Part shown: piece after piece, positions 1-8,477 of the stretch
Numbering within the stretch: position 1 is the stretch's first letter
Layout: every line of letters starts with the position of its first letter
Assembly (NCBI GenBank): GCA_963739815.1
Contig: CAVUBI010000004.1
Span: 45,540 to 69,539 of the forward strand
Length of the DNA stretch: 24,000 nt
Direction: 5' to 3'
Origin: an uncultured Gammaproteobacteria bacterium
GTDB taxonomy: Bacteria > Pseudomonadota > Gammaproteobacteria > Xanthomonadales > Rhodanobacteraceae
Notes under the pieces: generated by a model
What the model saw: the letters and a program-made list of their open reading frames with translations, nothing else
What the model was told of the DNA's origin: nothing
The model's database searches: none
Position numbers and translations under genes: made by a program

Positions 1-1469
1 GGCTCCATCGCTATCCGGGTGACCTCCAGACTGTCGGGATCAATGGCGAACACGCCTTCATTCCAGGAGGCGACATATATCTGCCGATCTTCACCGACAC
101 TGAGCAGGACCGGACGGGTCAGCTGCGCCTTGTCCAGGTCGACCGGCGTGAGCTTGCCGCGATCGAACAGGCTGATCTGGGGCGGGTTGTCGATCCACAA
201 GCGGCCATCCTGGTCCTCCGCCAGCGACACGATCTGCCCCGGCATGCCCCGCAGCACATGCCGGACCTGGCCGGTAGCGACATCCAGCTTGTCGATCCAG
301 CCGTTGTGGCCACCTACCCACAACTGGCCGTCGTGGCTGGCGTGAATCGTGGATGCCGCAATGCTCGACAAACTGCCCGGATCGTCCGGAATGTGGGTGA
401 AGCGCGCAAACCCGTTCCACTCCGGTGGCAGGTAGGCAATGCTGGCCTGCTCGAAGGTAATCCACAGCCCACCTTCGCTGTCGCGCATGGTCTGCCACGT
501 CTTGTCGCCGGGGAGCCCACCCGGCAGCAGGGGCTGACCGGCGAGTTGCTGCAGCCGCCCGTCGCCATGGTCCAGCAGAATGCCATCGGCGGTACCGATC
601 CACAGCCGCCCCATCAAGTCACGGGTACTGCTCATGATCCGCCGCGACGACAGTTGCTCGTTCGCCAGCGGCCGGGCGACACCATCGGCGCCGATGATCA
701 GCAGGCCGCCCGTCAGCGACACCCTGACCTCACCCGGACTGGCGTCGATGCGCCAGGTCTTGCCGACGTCACCACGGAACGAGGGATCCACCGGCACCCG
801 CCGCAGCGTGCCATCGGGCTCGCGCACGTACAGGCCACCTTGCGCACCAATCCACAAACGGCCATCGGCCCCGGCGAGCAAGGCGCGGGTCTGGCCGAAC
901 AAGCCTGCGGGTTCGCCGGGGACATTCGTCTGCACATGCTCGAACCCGTTCTCATCCGGACGCATGCGATCCAGACCGCTCTCCGTGGCAACCCACAAAC
1001 TGCCGTCGGCCGTCTGCGCCAGTCCCCAGACTTCGTCGCTGGCCAGGCTGTCCGGCTGCTTGTCGTCATGCGTCCAGTGCCGGAAGCGCCCGCTCTTCTG
1101 GTCATAGACGATCAGCCCGGTCGAAATCCCGCCGGTCCAGACCCGGTTGTCGCGATCGATCAGCAGCGAATACGTCGAATTGGCGGGCAGGGAATCAGGC
1201 GCATCCAAGGCGTGCCGGAACAGCTTGAAATCGACCCCATCGAAGCGCACCAGGCCACCGGCGGAACCGAACCACATCATGCCGTCGCGATCCTGCGCCA
1301 CGGCATAGATCGCCCCGCTGGGCAGGCCGTCCACCGTCCCGTAACGGCGGAACTGCGGGGTCGACAGCGGGCCGGTCGTCGAGTGGGCTGCCACCGGGGC
1401 CGCCACGGTGATCGGTACGGACAGAAACCCACCCAGGATCGCTCCCAGCAGCCATACCGACAGCTTCAT
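1..1469 (-). CDS. Periplasmic sensor protein with two-component-regulator-propeller (Reg_prop) repeats; N-terminal ~489 codons only, 3' end lies beyond the left edge of the window
   Basis: Not in the ORF track because it has no stop inside the window. My manual reverse-complement translation from the ATG at 1469-1467 stays open through position 1. It begins MKLSVWLLGAILGGFLSVPITVAAPVAA (signal peptide), with a GGGGAG Shine-Dalgarno 5 nt upstream. Repeated units of the Reg_prop type follow: AQDRDGMMWFGSAGGLVRFDG, TADGSLWVATESGLDRM, GADGRLWIGAQGGLYV, DLMGRLWIGTADGILL, DSEGGLWITF, SHDGQLWVGGHNGWIDKLD, DQDGRLWIDN. The sequence is collinear with the N-terminus of the 3209..6394 protein. Family name is from memory, not searched. 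Confidence 0.8.
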   Translation of the reverse strand, partial: MKLSVWLLGAILGGFLSVPITVAAPVAAHSTTGPLSTPQFRRYGTVDGLPSGAIYAVAQDRDGMMWFGSAGGLVRFDGVDFKLFRHALDAPDSLPANSTYSLLIDRDNRVWTGGISTGLIVYDQKSGRFRHWTHDDKQPDSLASDEVWGLAQTADGSLWVATESGLDRMRPDENGFEHVQTNVPGEPAGLFGQTRALLAGADGRLWIGAQGGLYVREPDGTLRRVPVDPSFRGDVGKTWRIDASPGEVRVSLTGGLLIIGADGVARPLANEQLSSRRIMSSTRDLMGRLWIGTADGILLDHGDGRLQQLAGQPLLPGGLPGDKTWQTMRDSEGGLWITFEQASIAYLPPEWNGFARFTHIPDDPGSLSSIAASTIHASHDGQLWVGGHNGWIDKLDVATGQVRHVLRGMPGQIVSLAEDQDGRLWIDNPPQISLFDRGKLTPVDLDKAQLTRPVLLSVGEDRQIYVASWNEGVFAIDPDSLEVTRIAME

Positions 1470-1645
1470 TCCACTCCCCATCCAGCCACCCCTGAACCGG
1501 TCATCGAGACACCGGTACCGACTCCGATCCCTGCTGCGGAATCCCTCGCCCATAGTGCCAAAACCCCGCCTTCGAGGCGAGCCAACCGGCCCCGGCACCC
1601 GCGCGGCCGGCGGGCCGGGCGCACGAAGCTGGCTAGAATGCGGAC

Positions 1646-3097
1646 ATGTCCAGACGCCTTCGACTGCTGCTCACCGCACTGGCTCTCGCCGCGCTTTCGT
1701 GGCTGCTGTTCGCCGCCGCCGAACGCGCGCTGGCGCTGGCGCAACGCTTCCTCGCCCTGCCGGCATGGCTGCAATGGACGCTTGGCGGCGCGCTGTTGTT
1801 GTTCGCCGCTGCCGGCGTGAGCGTGTTGTGGTGGCTGTTGCGCCCGCGCCGCCGGCGCCGGCCGGTGGCGGCGCCGGACCGCGGCAGCCTGGAGCAGCGC
1901 ATCGGCCAGTTGCGCGAACGCGGTGCCGACACCGGCGCGCTGGCGGCGGAACTCGGCGAGCTCGACCGCCGCCGCGCCAGTGCGCGCGTCTACGTCGCGC
2001 TGTTCGGCGAAATTTCCACCGGAAAGTCCAGCCTGATCCGCGCGCTGGCACCGCACGCCCAGGTCGCCAGCGACGTGCGCGGCGGCACCACCCGCGCCGT
2101 CGGCCACTACGACGGCCAGTTGCCGGACGGTCGCACGCTGGTGCTGGCCGACGTGCCCGGTAGCCGCGAAGCGGGCGGCGAAGCGCACGAGACCCTGGCC
2201 CGCGAAGAAGCGCTGCGCGCACACGCGGTGGTCTACCTGTGCGCCGGGGATCTCAACCGCGGCCAGGCCGACGAGTTGCGCTGGCTGGCCGATTTCGGCA
2301 AACCGCTGCTGCTGGTGCTGAACAAGGCCGACCAGTGGGGCGACGACGAGCGTGAGCAGTTGCTGGCTCGCCTGCGCCGGCATGCGCAGGGGATCGCCAG
2401 CGCCGTGCTGGCGGTCAGCGCCGGCGGCAGCGAGCGCTACCAGCGCCGGCTCGCCGATGGCACTGCCGAGTCGGTCGAGCGCCAGCGCAAGCCGGCGATC
2501 GCGCCACTGCTGCAGGCACTCGGACGACTGGCCACGGTGGGCGCCGAAGGCCTGGAGAACCGGCGCGAGAACGCCGTGCTGGCCGGGCTGCACCAGCGCA
2601 CCGGCACGCTGGAGGCGCAGACCCGCGCCGAGGATGCCGAGCGCATCGTGCGCAAGTACGCGCGCCGCGCGATCGTCGGCGCGCTGGCCGCGGTGGCGCC
2701 GGGCAGCGACCTGGTGATCCAGGGCGTGCTGGCCACCGGCCTCACCCGGGCGCTGGCCGAGCTGTACGGGGTCAAGGTCAGCGACGTGCAGATCGAGGAT
2801 TTCGTGCAACAGGCCCGGCTTACCCTGCGCACCGGCAGCTCAATCGTGCTGGCCGTCGCCGGCAACGCGCTGAAGGCCTTCCCCGGCCTCGGCACGCTCG
2901 GCGGCGGCGTGTTGCATGCGTTCGCCTACGCGCTGATCTTCGACTCGATGGGCCGGGCCCTGGCCGCCTCGCTGGCCGAGCGACAGACGCTGGACCAGCA
3001 CGACGCCGGGCAGCGCCTGAAGGAGTTGCTGGCCGACGCCGACGGCAACCGCCTGAGCCAGCTCGCTGCACTGACGATCGAGGCGGTGCGGGACTGA
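1646..3097 (+). CDS. Membrane-anchored P-loop GTPase (Era/HSR1-like G domain) fused to a DUF697/YcjF-like C-terminal membrane domain
   Basis: Intact 483-aa ORF. N-terminal hydrophobic helices: LLLTALALAALSWLLFAAA and LGGALLLFAAAGVSVLWWLL. G motifs: G1 GEISTGKSS, G2-like GGTTRAV, G3 DVPG, G4 NKAD, G5-like VSAG. C-terminal paired hydrophobic segments: IVGALAAVAPGSDLVIQGVLA and IVLAVAGNALKAFPGLGTLGGGVLHAFAYALIF. The DUF697 assignment is from memory of the family, not a search. Confidence 0.8.
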   Translation: MSRRLRLLLTALALAALSWLLFAAAERALALAQRFLALPAWLQWTLGGALLLFAAAGVSVLWWLLRPRRRRRPVAAPDRGSLEQRIGQLRERGADTGALAAELGELDRRRASARVYVALFGEISTGKSSLIRALAPHAQVASDVRGGTTRAVGHYDGQLPDGRTLVLADVPGSREAGGEAHETLAREEALRAHAVVYLCAGDLNRGQADELRWLADFGKPLLLVLNKADQWGDDEREQLLARLRRHAQGIASAVLAVSAGGSERYQRRLADGTAESVERQRKPAIAPLLQALGRLATVGAEGLENRRENAVLAGLHQRTGTLEAQTRAEDAERIVRKYARRAIVGALAAVAPGSDLVIQGVLATGLTRALAELYGVKVSDVQIEDFVQQARLTLRTGSSIVLAVAGNALKAFPGLGTLGGGVLHAFAYALIFDSMGRALAASLAERQTLDQHDAGQRLKELLADADGNRLSQLAALTIEAVRD

Positions 3098-3208
3098 CGT
3101 CGCTGCGACTCCGGCCCTGACGCACGGGCAGCCCGTCGCCGATACCGCTTTGCCAGCACGAAGGCAACCGGCATACTCGCCTTATTGCCGTGCCCATCGT
3201 GAAATCGA

Positions 3209-6200
3209 ATGACCGTGGCGCCGTGTGGGACATCCAGGGGGTTTTTCCAACTACGCGACGGCCGCATGGCAGCGGTTCCCGTCTGTGTTGGTCCTGCCCG
3301 GAGTAGCGGCAAGGACGAATCGGGGGTCGACCGGTCCCGCCACCGATGGGTCGGCATGTTCGCCCTGCTGTACCTGTTTGCCGCCGCCGCGTCAGCCGGC
3401 GAACTGAGCACGCACGACCCGTCCGCCACGTCCTGGGCGCCCTGGCAGACGATCAGCTTCGACCAGGTGAATGTCGACAAGGGGCTGCCCCACGCGACCA
3501 CCACCGCACTTGCCCAGGATCGCGACGGCCTGATCTGGATCGGCACGGTCGGGGGGCTGGTGCGTTACGACGGCTACCGCGCCCAGGTGTTCCGGCAGTC
3601 GGTCGACGCCACCGGCAGCATCCCGGACAACTACGTGCGCGCCCTGCAAGCGGCAGACGACAACAGCATCATCGTTGGTACCACCAGCGGCGGGCTCGCC
3701 CGTTTCGATCCGCAGACCAACCGTTTCACCTATTACGACAAGTCGCCCGGGCATGGCACCGGCTCGCGCATCTTCGCGCTGGCACCGGACCGTGCCGGCG
3801 GCTTCTGGGTCGCCGGCCAGGAGGGCCTGAGCCACCTGCTCGCCGACCTGCGCACGATCGAACGACCGGCCGCACCGGCAGATGCGCAACTGCCGGCCGA
3901 CGCGCCAATCCTGTCGGTGCTGCAGGACCGGCAGGGCAACCTGTGGGTCGGCAGCAGCAAGGGGTTGTACCTGCAGAAGAGCGGAAGCACCGGGTTCCAG
4001 CGCTATCGCGCCGACGACAGCAATGCCGCCACCGCCTTCGCCAAGGACATCTGGGCGATCTACCAGGACCGCGCGGGCAACATCTGGGTCGGCAGCGGCG
4101 CCGACGGCGTCGCCATCATCGATGTCCAGGGCCGCGCGACCGTCCCGCGCCTGCTGGACGGCGACAGCAGCTTCATCCAGCACCGCACCGTGCGCGCTAT
4201 CCTGGAGCGGCCCAACGGGCGCGTGTGGATCGCCACCGATGGCGTTGGCGTAGTCGTCTTCGATCCTGGAAAAGCGACCGCCACGTCGCTGCACCACGAC
4301 AGCGCGCGCGCCAGCTCGCTCGGCGGAAATATCGTGCGCGCCCTGCTCATGGACCGCTCGGACGGGCTGTGGGTGGCCACCGAATCGGGGGCGTCACGCT
4401 ACGACACCTACCCGTCGATGGTCTATTCACTGGACGCCACCGCACTGTTCGGCAACCAGGCGACCGGCGAAAACGTGCGCAGCATCTACACCGATCGCGA
4501 CGGCAACGTCTGGCTCGGCTTCAGCCGCGGCCGCGTCGCGATGATCGACCTCAAACACGGCGTCACCCACACCCTGGTCCTCGAGAACGCCCAGTCCGAC
4601 CAGGACGTGCGCGCCATCAGCCAGCTCGACGATGGCCGCATCGTGGTCGGCTCGCGCGGACTGCTGGCGATCGACCCCGCGACGCGGCAGATGAAGCCCT
4701 ACCTGGTCGCCGGTCTCGACGCCAAGCCGATCCTTGCCGTCAGCCCCTACCGCGGCGGCTTGCTGGTGGGCACTTATGACGGCCTGTACCGGCTGGACAA
4801 AAGCGGCCGGCTGAAGGTGTTCCGGCACGACCCGGGCAACCCGCACAGCCTGGCCGACAACCAGGTGCGCAACATCGTGCACATGGACAACGGCGAAACC
4901 TGGATCGCCACCGTCAACGGCATCAGCATCCTCCACGGCGACGAGCAGACCTTCGACAACCTGCGCAACGTGACCGGCGACCATTCCAGCCTGCCGCAGA
5001 ACTACACCGGCTCGGTGGTCACCGTCGGCTCGACGATCTGGGTAGCCACCTATGGCGGGCTGGCCTTCACCTCGGCCACGCCCGGCGCGTCCGGCTACCG
5101 CTTCACCACCATGACGGCCAAGGGTGGGCAGGGCAGCGACAACGTCGCCTCGGTGCTGGCCGATCGCCACGGCCGGCTGTGGTCGGCCACGACCAGCGGA
5201 CTGGAAGTCTTCGATCCGGCCACCCGGCAAACCCTCACCGTCGGCCTGCGCGACGGACTCGGCGTGCGCTTCTACAACCAGCGCACGGCCGCGCTCGGTC
5301 CATCCGGCGAACTGCTGTTCGGCGGACTGGGCGGCCTGACCGTGGTCGAGCCCGACCGCGGCGCCACCGCGACGCGACCGACCGCGCCGCTGGCGATCAC
5401 CGCCATGGCGGTGAACGAGACGCCGGTGCCGTTCGCCCGGCTGCCCCGCCCCGGACATCCGCTGCACACCGGCGACAACACCCATTCGTTGCAGCTGCGG
5501 TTCGCCCTGCTCGACTACACCGCCACCACCAATATCCACTACAGCTATCGCCTGCAGGGCTTCGACGACGACTGGATTGCCGTCGACGCGGGCGCACGCC
5601 CCGAAACCAAATACACCAACCTGCCTGGCGGCCACTACGAACTGTGGCTGCGCGCGCACATCCCGGGACTGCAACCACGCACCGTGGAAACACGTGTTCC
5701 GATCATCATCGGTCCGCGTTGGCACGAGCGGACCATGACGCGGCTGGGCGCGTTATGCCTGCTGCTTGCCGCAATCTACGGTCTGGTCCGCGTGCGCACC
5801 CGCTACCTGCACCGGCGCACCGACGAATTGTCCCGCCAGGTCAGCGAGCGCACTGCCGAGCTGCAGGCAGCCAACCAGCGCCTGGAGCAACTGGCCAGCA
5901 CCGATGACCTGACCGGGCTGCTCAACCGCCGCGAGCTTATGCATCAGCTGGACATCGAATACGCCGCCTGCGCTGGCGGAACGCAGCCGCTATCCGTGCT
6001 CATGCTCGACCTGGACGAGTTCAAGCAGTTGAACGACCACTTCGGTCACCTCGCCGGTGACGTCGTGCTGCGCGACATGGCCGCGATCATCACCGAGTGC
6101 AGCCGCGACACGGACCACGTCGGACGTTACGGCGGCGAAGAGATCATGCTGGTGCTCCCGCGCACCGACGACGCCACCGCGTTGCTCATCGCCGAACGCA

Positions 6201-6394
6201 TCTGCGGCGCGGTGGCCAGGGCGACGTATCCGTTCGGCGGCAACCTGCTGCATTCCACTATCAGCATCGGCGTGGCCACCTTGCGCCACAGCGAACAGCC
6301 GCAGGCACTGGTCGCGCGCGCCGACGCCGCGCTGTACCGGGCCAAGCGGGCCGGCCGGAACACCGTGATGTTCGAACCCGCCGAACCCGCCTGA
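3209..6394 (+). CDS. Sensor diguanylate cyclase: signal peptide, periplasmic Reg_prop beta-propeller repeats, Y_Y_Y domain, TM helix, coiled coil, GGDEF domain
   Basis: Intact ORF of 1061 aa at maximal extent. The true start may be ATG 3266 or ATG 3356 (MFALLYLFAAAASA-GEL looks like the hydrophobic core of a signal peptide); none of the three has a clear SD. Many D..G.LW(V/I)G repeats are present. Y_Y_Y signature: IHYSYRLQGFDDDW...YTNLPGGHYELWLRA. TM helix: LGALCLLLAAIYGLV. Coiled coil: TDELSRQVSERTAELQAANQRLEQLA. GGDEF domain has active-site GGEEI (nt 6131-6145) and an RxxD I-site, RDTD (nt 6104-6115), five residues upstream. Confidence 0.9.
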   Translation: MTVAPCGTSRGFFQLRDGRMAAVPVCVGPARSSGKDESGVDRSRHRWVGMFALLYLFAAAASAGELSTHDPSATSWAPWQTISFDQVNVDKGLPHATTTALAQDRDGLIWIGTVGGLVRYDGYRAQVFRQSVDATGSIPDNYVRALQAADDNSIIVGTTSGGLARFDPQTNRFTYYDKSPGHGTGSRIFALAPDRAGGFWVAGQEGLSHLLADLRTIERPAAPADAQLPADAPILSVLQDRQGNLWVGSSKGLYLQKSGSTGFQRYRADDSNAATAFAKDIWAIYQDRAGNIWVGSGADGVAIIDVQGRATVPRLLDGDSSFIQHRTVRAILERPNGRVWIATDGVGVVVFDPGKATATSLHHDSARASSLGGNIVRALLMDRSDGLWVATESGASRYDTYPSMVYSLDATALFGNQATGENVRSIYTDRDGNVWLGFSRGRVAMIDLKHGVTHTLVLENAQSDQDVRAISQLDDGRIVVGSRGLLAIDPATRQMKPYLVAGLDAKPILAVSPYRGGLLVGTYDGLYRLDKSGRLKVFRHDPGNPHSLADNQVRNIVHMDNGETWIATVNGISILHGDEQTFDNLRNVTGDHSSLPQNYTGSVVTVGSTIWVATYGGLAFTSATPGASGYRFTTMTAKGGQGSDNVASVLADRHGRLWSATTSGLEVFDPATRQTLTVGLRDGLGVRFYNQRTAALGPSGELLFGGLGGLTVVEPDRGATATRPTAPLAITAMAVNETPVPFARLPRPGHPLHTGDNTHSLQLRFALLDYTATTNIHYSYRLQGFDDDWIAVDAGARPETKYTNLPGGHYELWLRAHIPGLQPRTVETRVPIIIGPRWHERTMTRLGALCLLLAAIYGLVRVRTRYLHRRTDELSRQVSERTAELQAANQRLEQLASTDDLTGLLNRRELMHQLDIEYAACAGGTQPLSVLMLDLDEFKQLNDHFGHLAGDVVLRDMAAIITECSRDTDHVGRYGGEEIMLVLPRTDDATALLIAERICGAVARATYPFGGNLLHSTISIGVATLRHSEQPQALVARADAALYRAKRAGRNTVMFEPAEPA

Positions 6395-6410
6395 GCAGCC
6401 CGGCACCGGA

Positions 6411-7202
6411 TCATGGCGTTCCGGCGAACGCCGTGCGCAGCCACTCGTGCATCAGGCGGTAACTGCGCGTGGCGGCGCGTTCGTCGTAGCGGCAGCCGGG
6501 CGAGTTCTCGCCGACCTCGGTAAAGCAGTGCACCGCATGGCCGATCACCACGAACTGCCAGTCGGCGGGGCTCATGCGCATCTCGTCCATGAACTTGTCC
6601 GCGTCCGGCATGGTGCCCTTGTCGTCGGCGCCGTTCATCGCCAGCACGCGGGCCTTGATGTGCTTTTGCCAGCGCCGGGTTGTCGGTATCGAGCCCGCCG
6701 TGGAACGACACCACCGCAGCGACATCCGCGCCGCTGCGCGCCAGGTCGAGCACGGCCGAGCCACCGAAGCAGAAGCCGATCGCAGCGAGTTTCGCGGCGT
6801 CGATGGGCGCGTCCGCGGCCTGCGCCTTCAGTTGGTCCAGCGCCAGATTGATCCGCTTGCGCATCAAGCGCCCGGTCGCCGTACAGCGGCTTCACCGCGG
6901 CCTGCGCCTGCGCGTTGCTGGTCGGGCGCACTTTCTCGCCGTACATGTCGGTGAGCAGGATCACGTAATCCTTGCCGGCGATCATTTCGGCCTTCTTTAT
7001 CGCCGCATCGTTCACGCCATACCAGTTCGGCACCATCACCAGGCCAGGGCGCTTCGCCGCCGTCGCGTCGTCATACACCAGCACGCTGTGGAACCGCGTG
7101 CCGTCCTGGCTCCATTCCACCGGGCGATGCACCATCTTTGCCTGTATCGGCAAAACTCGAACCGGCCAGCAACAGCAGACAGCAAAGTCGGGCGATGCGC
7201 AT
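6411..7202 (-). pseudogene. Dienelactone hydrolase family protein (secreted); reading frame broken 3 times as sequenced, probably artefactual
   Basis: The protein is recoverable only by joining four frames. (1) MRIARLCCLLLLAGSSFADTGK, in the tail of ORF 7071..9260, with a GGAGG SD 8 nt upstream of ATG 7202. (2) MVHRPVEWSQDGTRFHSVLVYDD...VKPLYGDRAL, in ORF 6635..7258. (3) MRKRINLALDQLKAQ...AAIGFCFGGSAVLDLARSGADVAAVVSFHGGLDTDNPALA, in ORF 6127..6867. (4) KHIKARVLAMNGADDKG...VIGHAVHCFTE...LMHEWLRTAFAGTP, in ORF 6411..6764. Junctions lie at about 7130-7150, 6860-6872 and 6660-6670. The G-F-C-F-G-G nucleophile elbow and C-terminal His are typical of DLH. Confidence 0.8.
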
Positions 7203-7261
7203 GATCCATCCTCCAGTGAGTTGACGACGCTCTCCTTCGCGCAACAGGCGAGGAGCAAGGC

Positions 7262-8477
7262 TCAAAGTCCAGCGGCGTGTTCGGACAGGCGGCGCTTCAG
7301 CGGCGCGCAGCGATCGAGCAGGCGCACGCCGGCCCCGCGCGCGGCGACCAGCGCCGGCGACTGCCACGCGTAGATGCGCGCCAGCGCGTCGAAGCCCAGC
7401 GCATCCAGCGTGTCGGCACTGCGCCGGCGCCGTGCGTAGCGCCGCAGTACGTGCGCGGCACCGATGTCGCGGCCCGCGCGCGCGTGCCGCAAGCAGGGTG
7501 TCGCGCAGTTCGGCCACGTCGCGCAGGCCCAGGTTGACGCCCTGCCCGGCCAGCGGATGCACCGCATGCGCGGCGTCGCCCAGCAACACGAAACGCTCGG
7601 CCTGGTAGCGCTCGGCCAGCTGCAGCTTCAGCGGAAACGCCGCGCGCGGCGTACTGGCCGTGATCCGGCCCAGCCGGAAATCGCTGGCCACGCCCAAGCT
7701 CGTCGAGAAAGGCCTGATCATCCAGCGCCAGCACACGCTGCGCCTCGGCCTCGGGCAGCGACCATACGATCGAACTGCGCCCGTCGGCCAGCGGCAGCAA
7801 CGCCAGCGGGCCGCCCGGCAGGAAGCGCTGCCACGCGGTGTTTTCGTGCGGGCGTTCGGTGGCGACGTGCGCCACCACCGCGCGCTGCGCGTAGTCGCGT
7901 CCGCGCGTACCGATGCCGGCCAGTTGGCGCAGCGGCGAAGCGGCGCCGTCGGCGGCCACCAGCAGGCCGGCGGACAGCGCTCTCGCCGTCGGCCAGTTCC
8001 AGCTGGATGCGATCCTCGCGCGGTTCGAAACCCTTCACCTCGACCGGGCACAGCCGGCGCACGCCGGCCGCTTCCAGCGCATGCCACAAGCGTCCACTGC
8101 ACCAGGTTGTTCTCGACGATGTAGCCGAGCTGGTCGCGCCCTTCGCTGGCGGCGTCGAAATCGATCGCCGCGCCGCTTTCGGCGTCCCACACATGCATGT
8201 GCGCATACGGACCGGCACGCGCCGCGCGGATGGACGTCCAGACGCCCAGCTCATCCAGCAGCGCGATCGACGACGGCGCCAGCCCGACCACGCGCAGATC
8301 CACTTCGGCCTGCGCATCCCACGCCGTCGGCGCCCGCGCTTCCAGCAGCGCGGTGGCGAAGCCGGCGCGCGCCAGCGCCAGCGCGGCGGCGGCGCCGACC
8401 ATGCCGCCGCCGACCACGGCGACGTCCAGCGACGGCGCGCGGCGACGGGCGGCAACTTCCCGGGCGACAGTATTCAT
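7262..8477 (-). pseudogene. UbiH/UbiF/VisC(UbiI)/COQ6-family FAD-dependent ubiquinone biosynthesis hydroxylase; frame broken 4 times as sequenced
   Basis: Five segments in successive frames: MNTVAREV...LDVAVVGGGMVGAAAALALARAG (GxGxxG)...NNLVQWTL; then WHALEAAGVRRLCPVEVKGFEPREDRIQLELADGE; then LSAGLLVAADGAASPLRQLAGIG...FLDEL; then GVASDFRLGRIT...FVLLGDAAHAVHPLAGQGVNLGLRDVAELRDTLLAARARG; then RDIGAAHVLRRYARRRR...LSEHAAGL. Junctions lie at about 8083-8092, 7972-7990, 7693-7702 and 7470-7480. The start ATG (8477-8475) overlaps the ubiH stop (8476-8474) as ATGA. Its position downstream of ubiH matches E. coli ubiH-ubiI(visC), but I cannot separate UbiI from UbiF by eye. Confidence 0.8.

Noticed and set aside
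258-1820. 520-aa plus-strand ORF, the longest ORF-track entry in the first 2 kb
   Set aside because: It lies antisense to the hand-verified propeller gene (1..1469, minus) and runs on through the intergenic region into the GTPase gene. Its composition is the low-complexity P/R/A/G/Q-rich type typical of shadow ORFs in GC-rich DNA, with no recognisable motif.
1466-2809. 447-aa minus-strand ORF
   Set aside because: It is antisense to the GTPase-DUF697 gene, which carries clear G1/G3/G4 motifs. The ORF itself is A/G/R/L/Q-rich with no domain signature, so it is a GC-driven shadow ORF.
4427-5725. 432-aa minus-strand ORF, plus several 200-480-aa ORFs in other frames between 3346 and 5907
   Set aside because: All overlap the 1061-aa diguanylate cyclase ORF, which has an unambiguous domain architecture. 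The alternatives are Arg/Gly/Ala/Pro-rich with no motifs.
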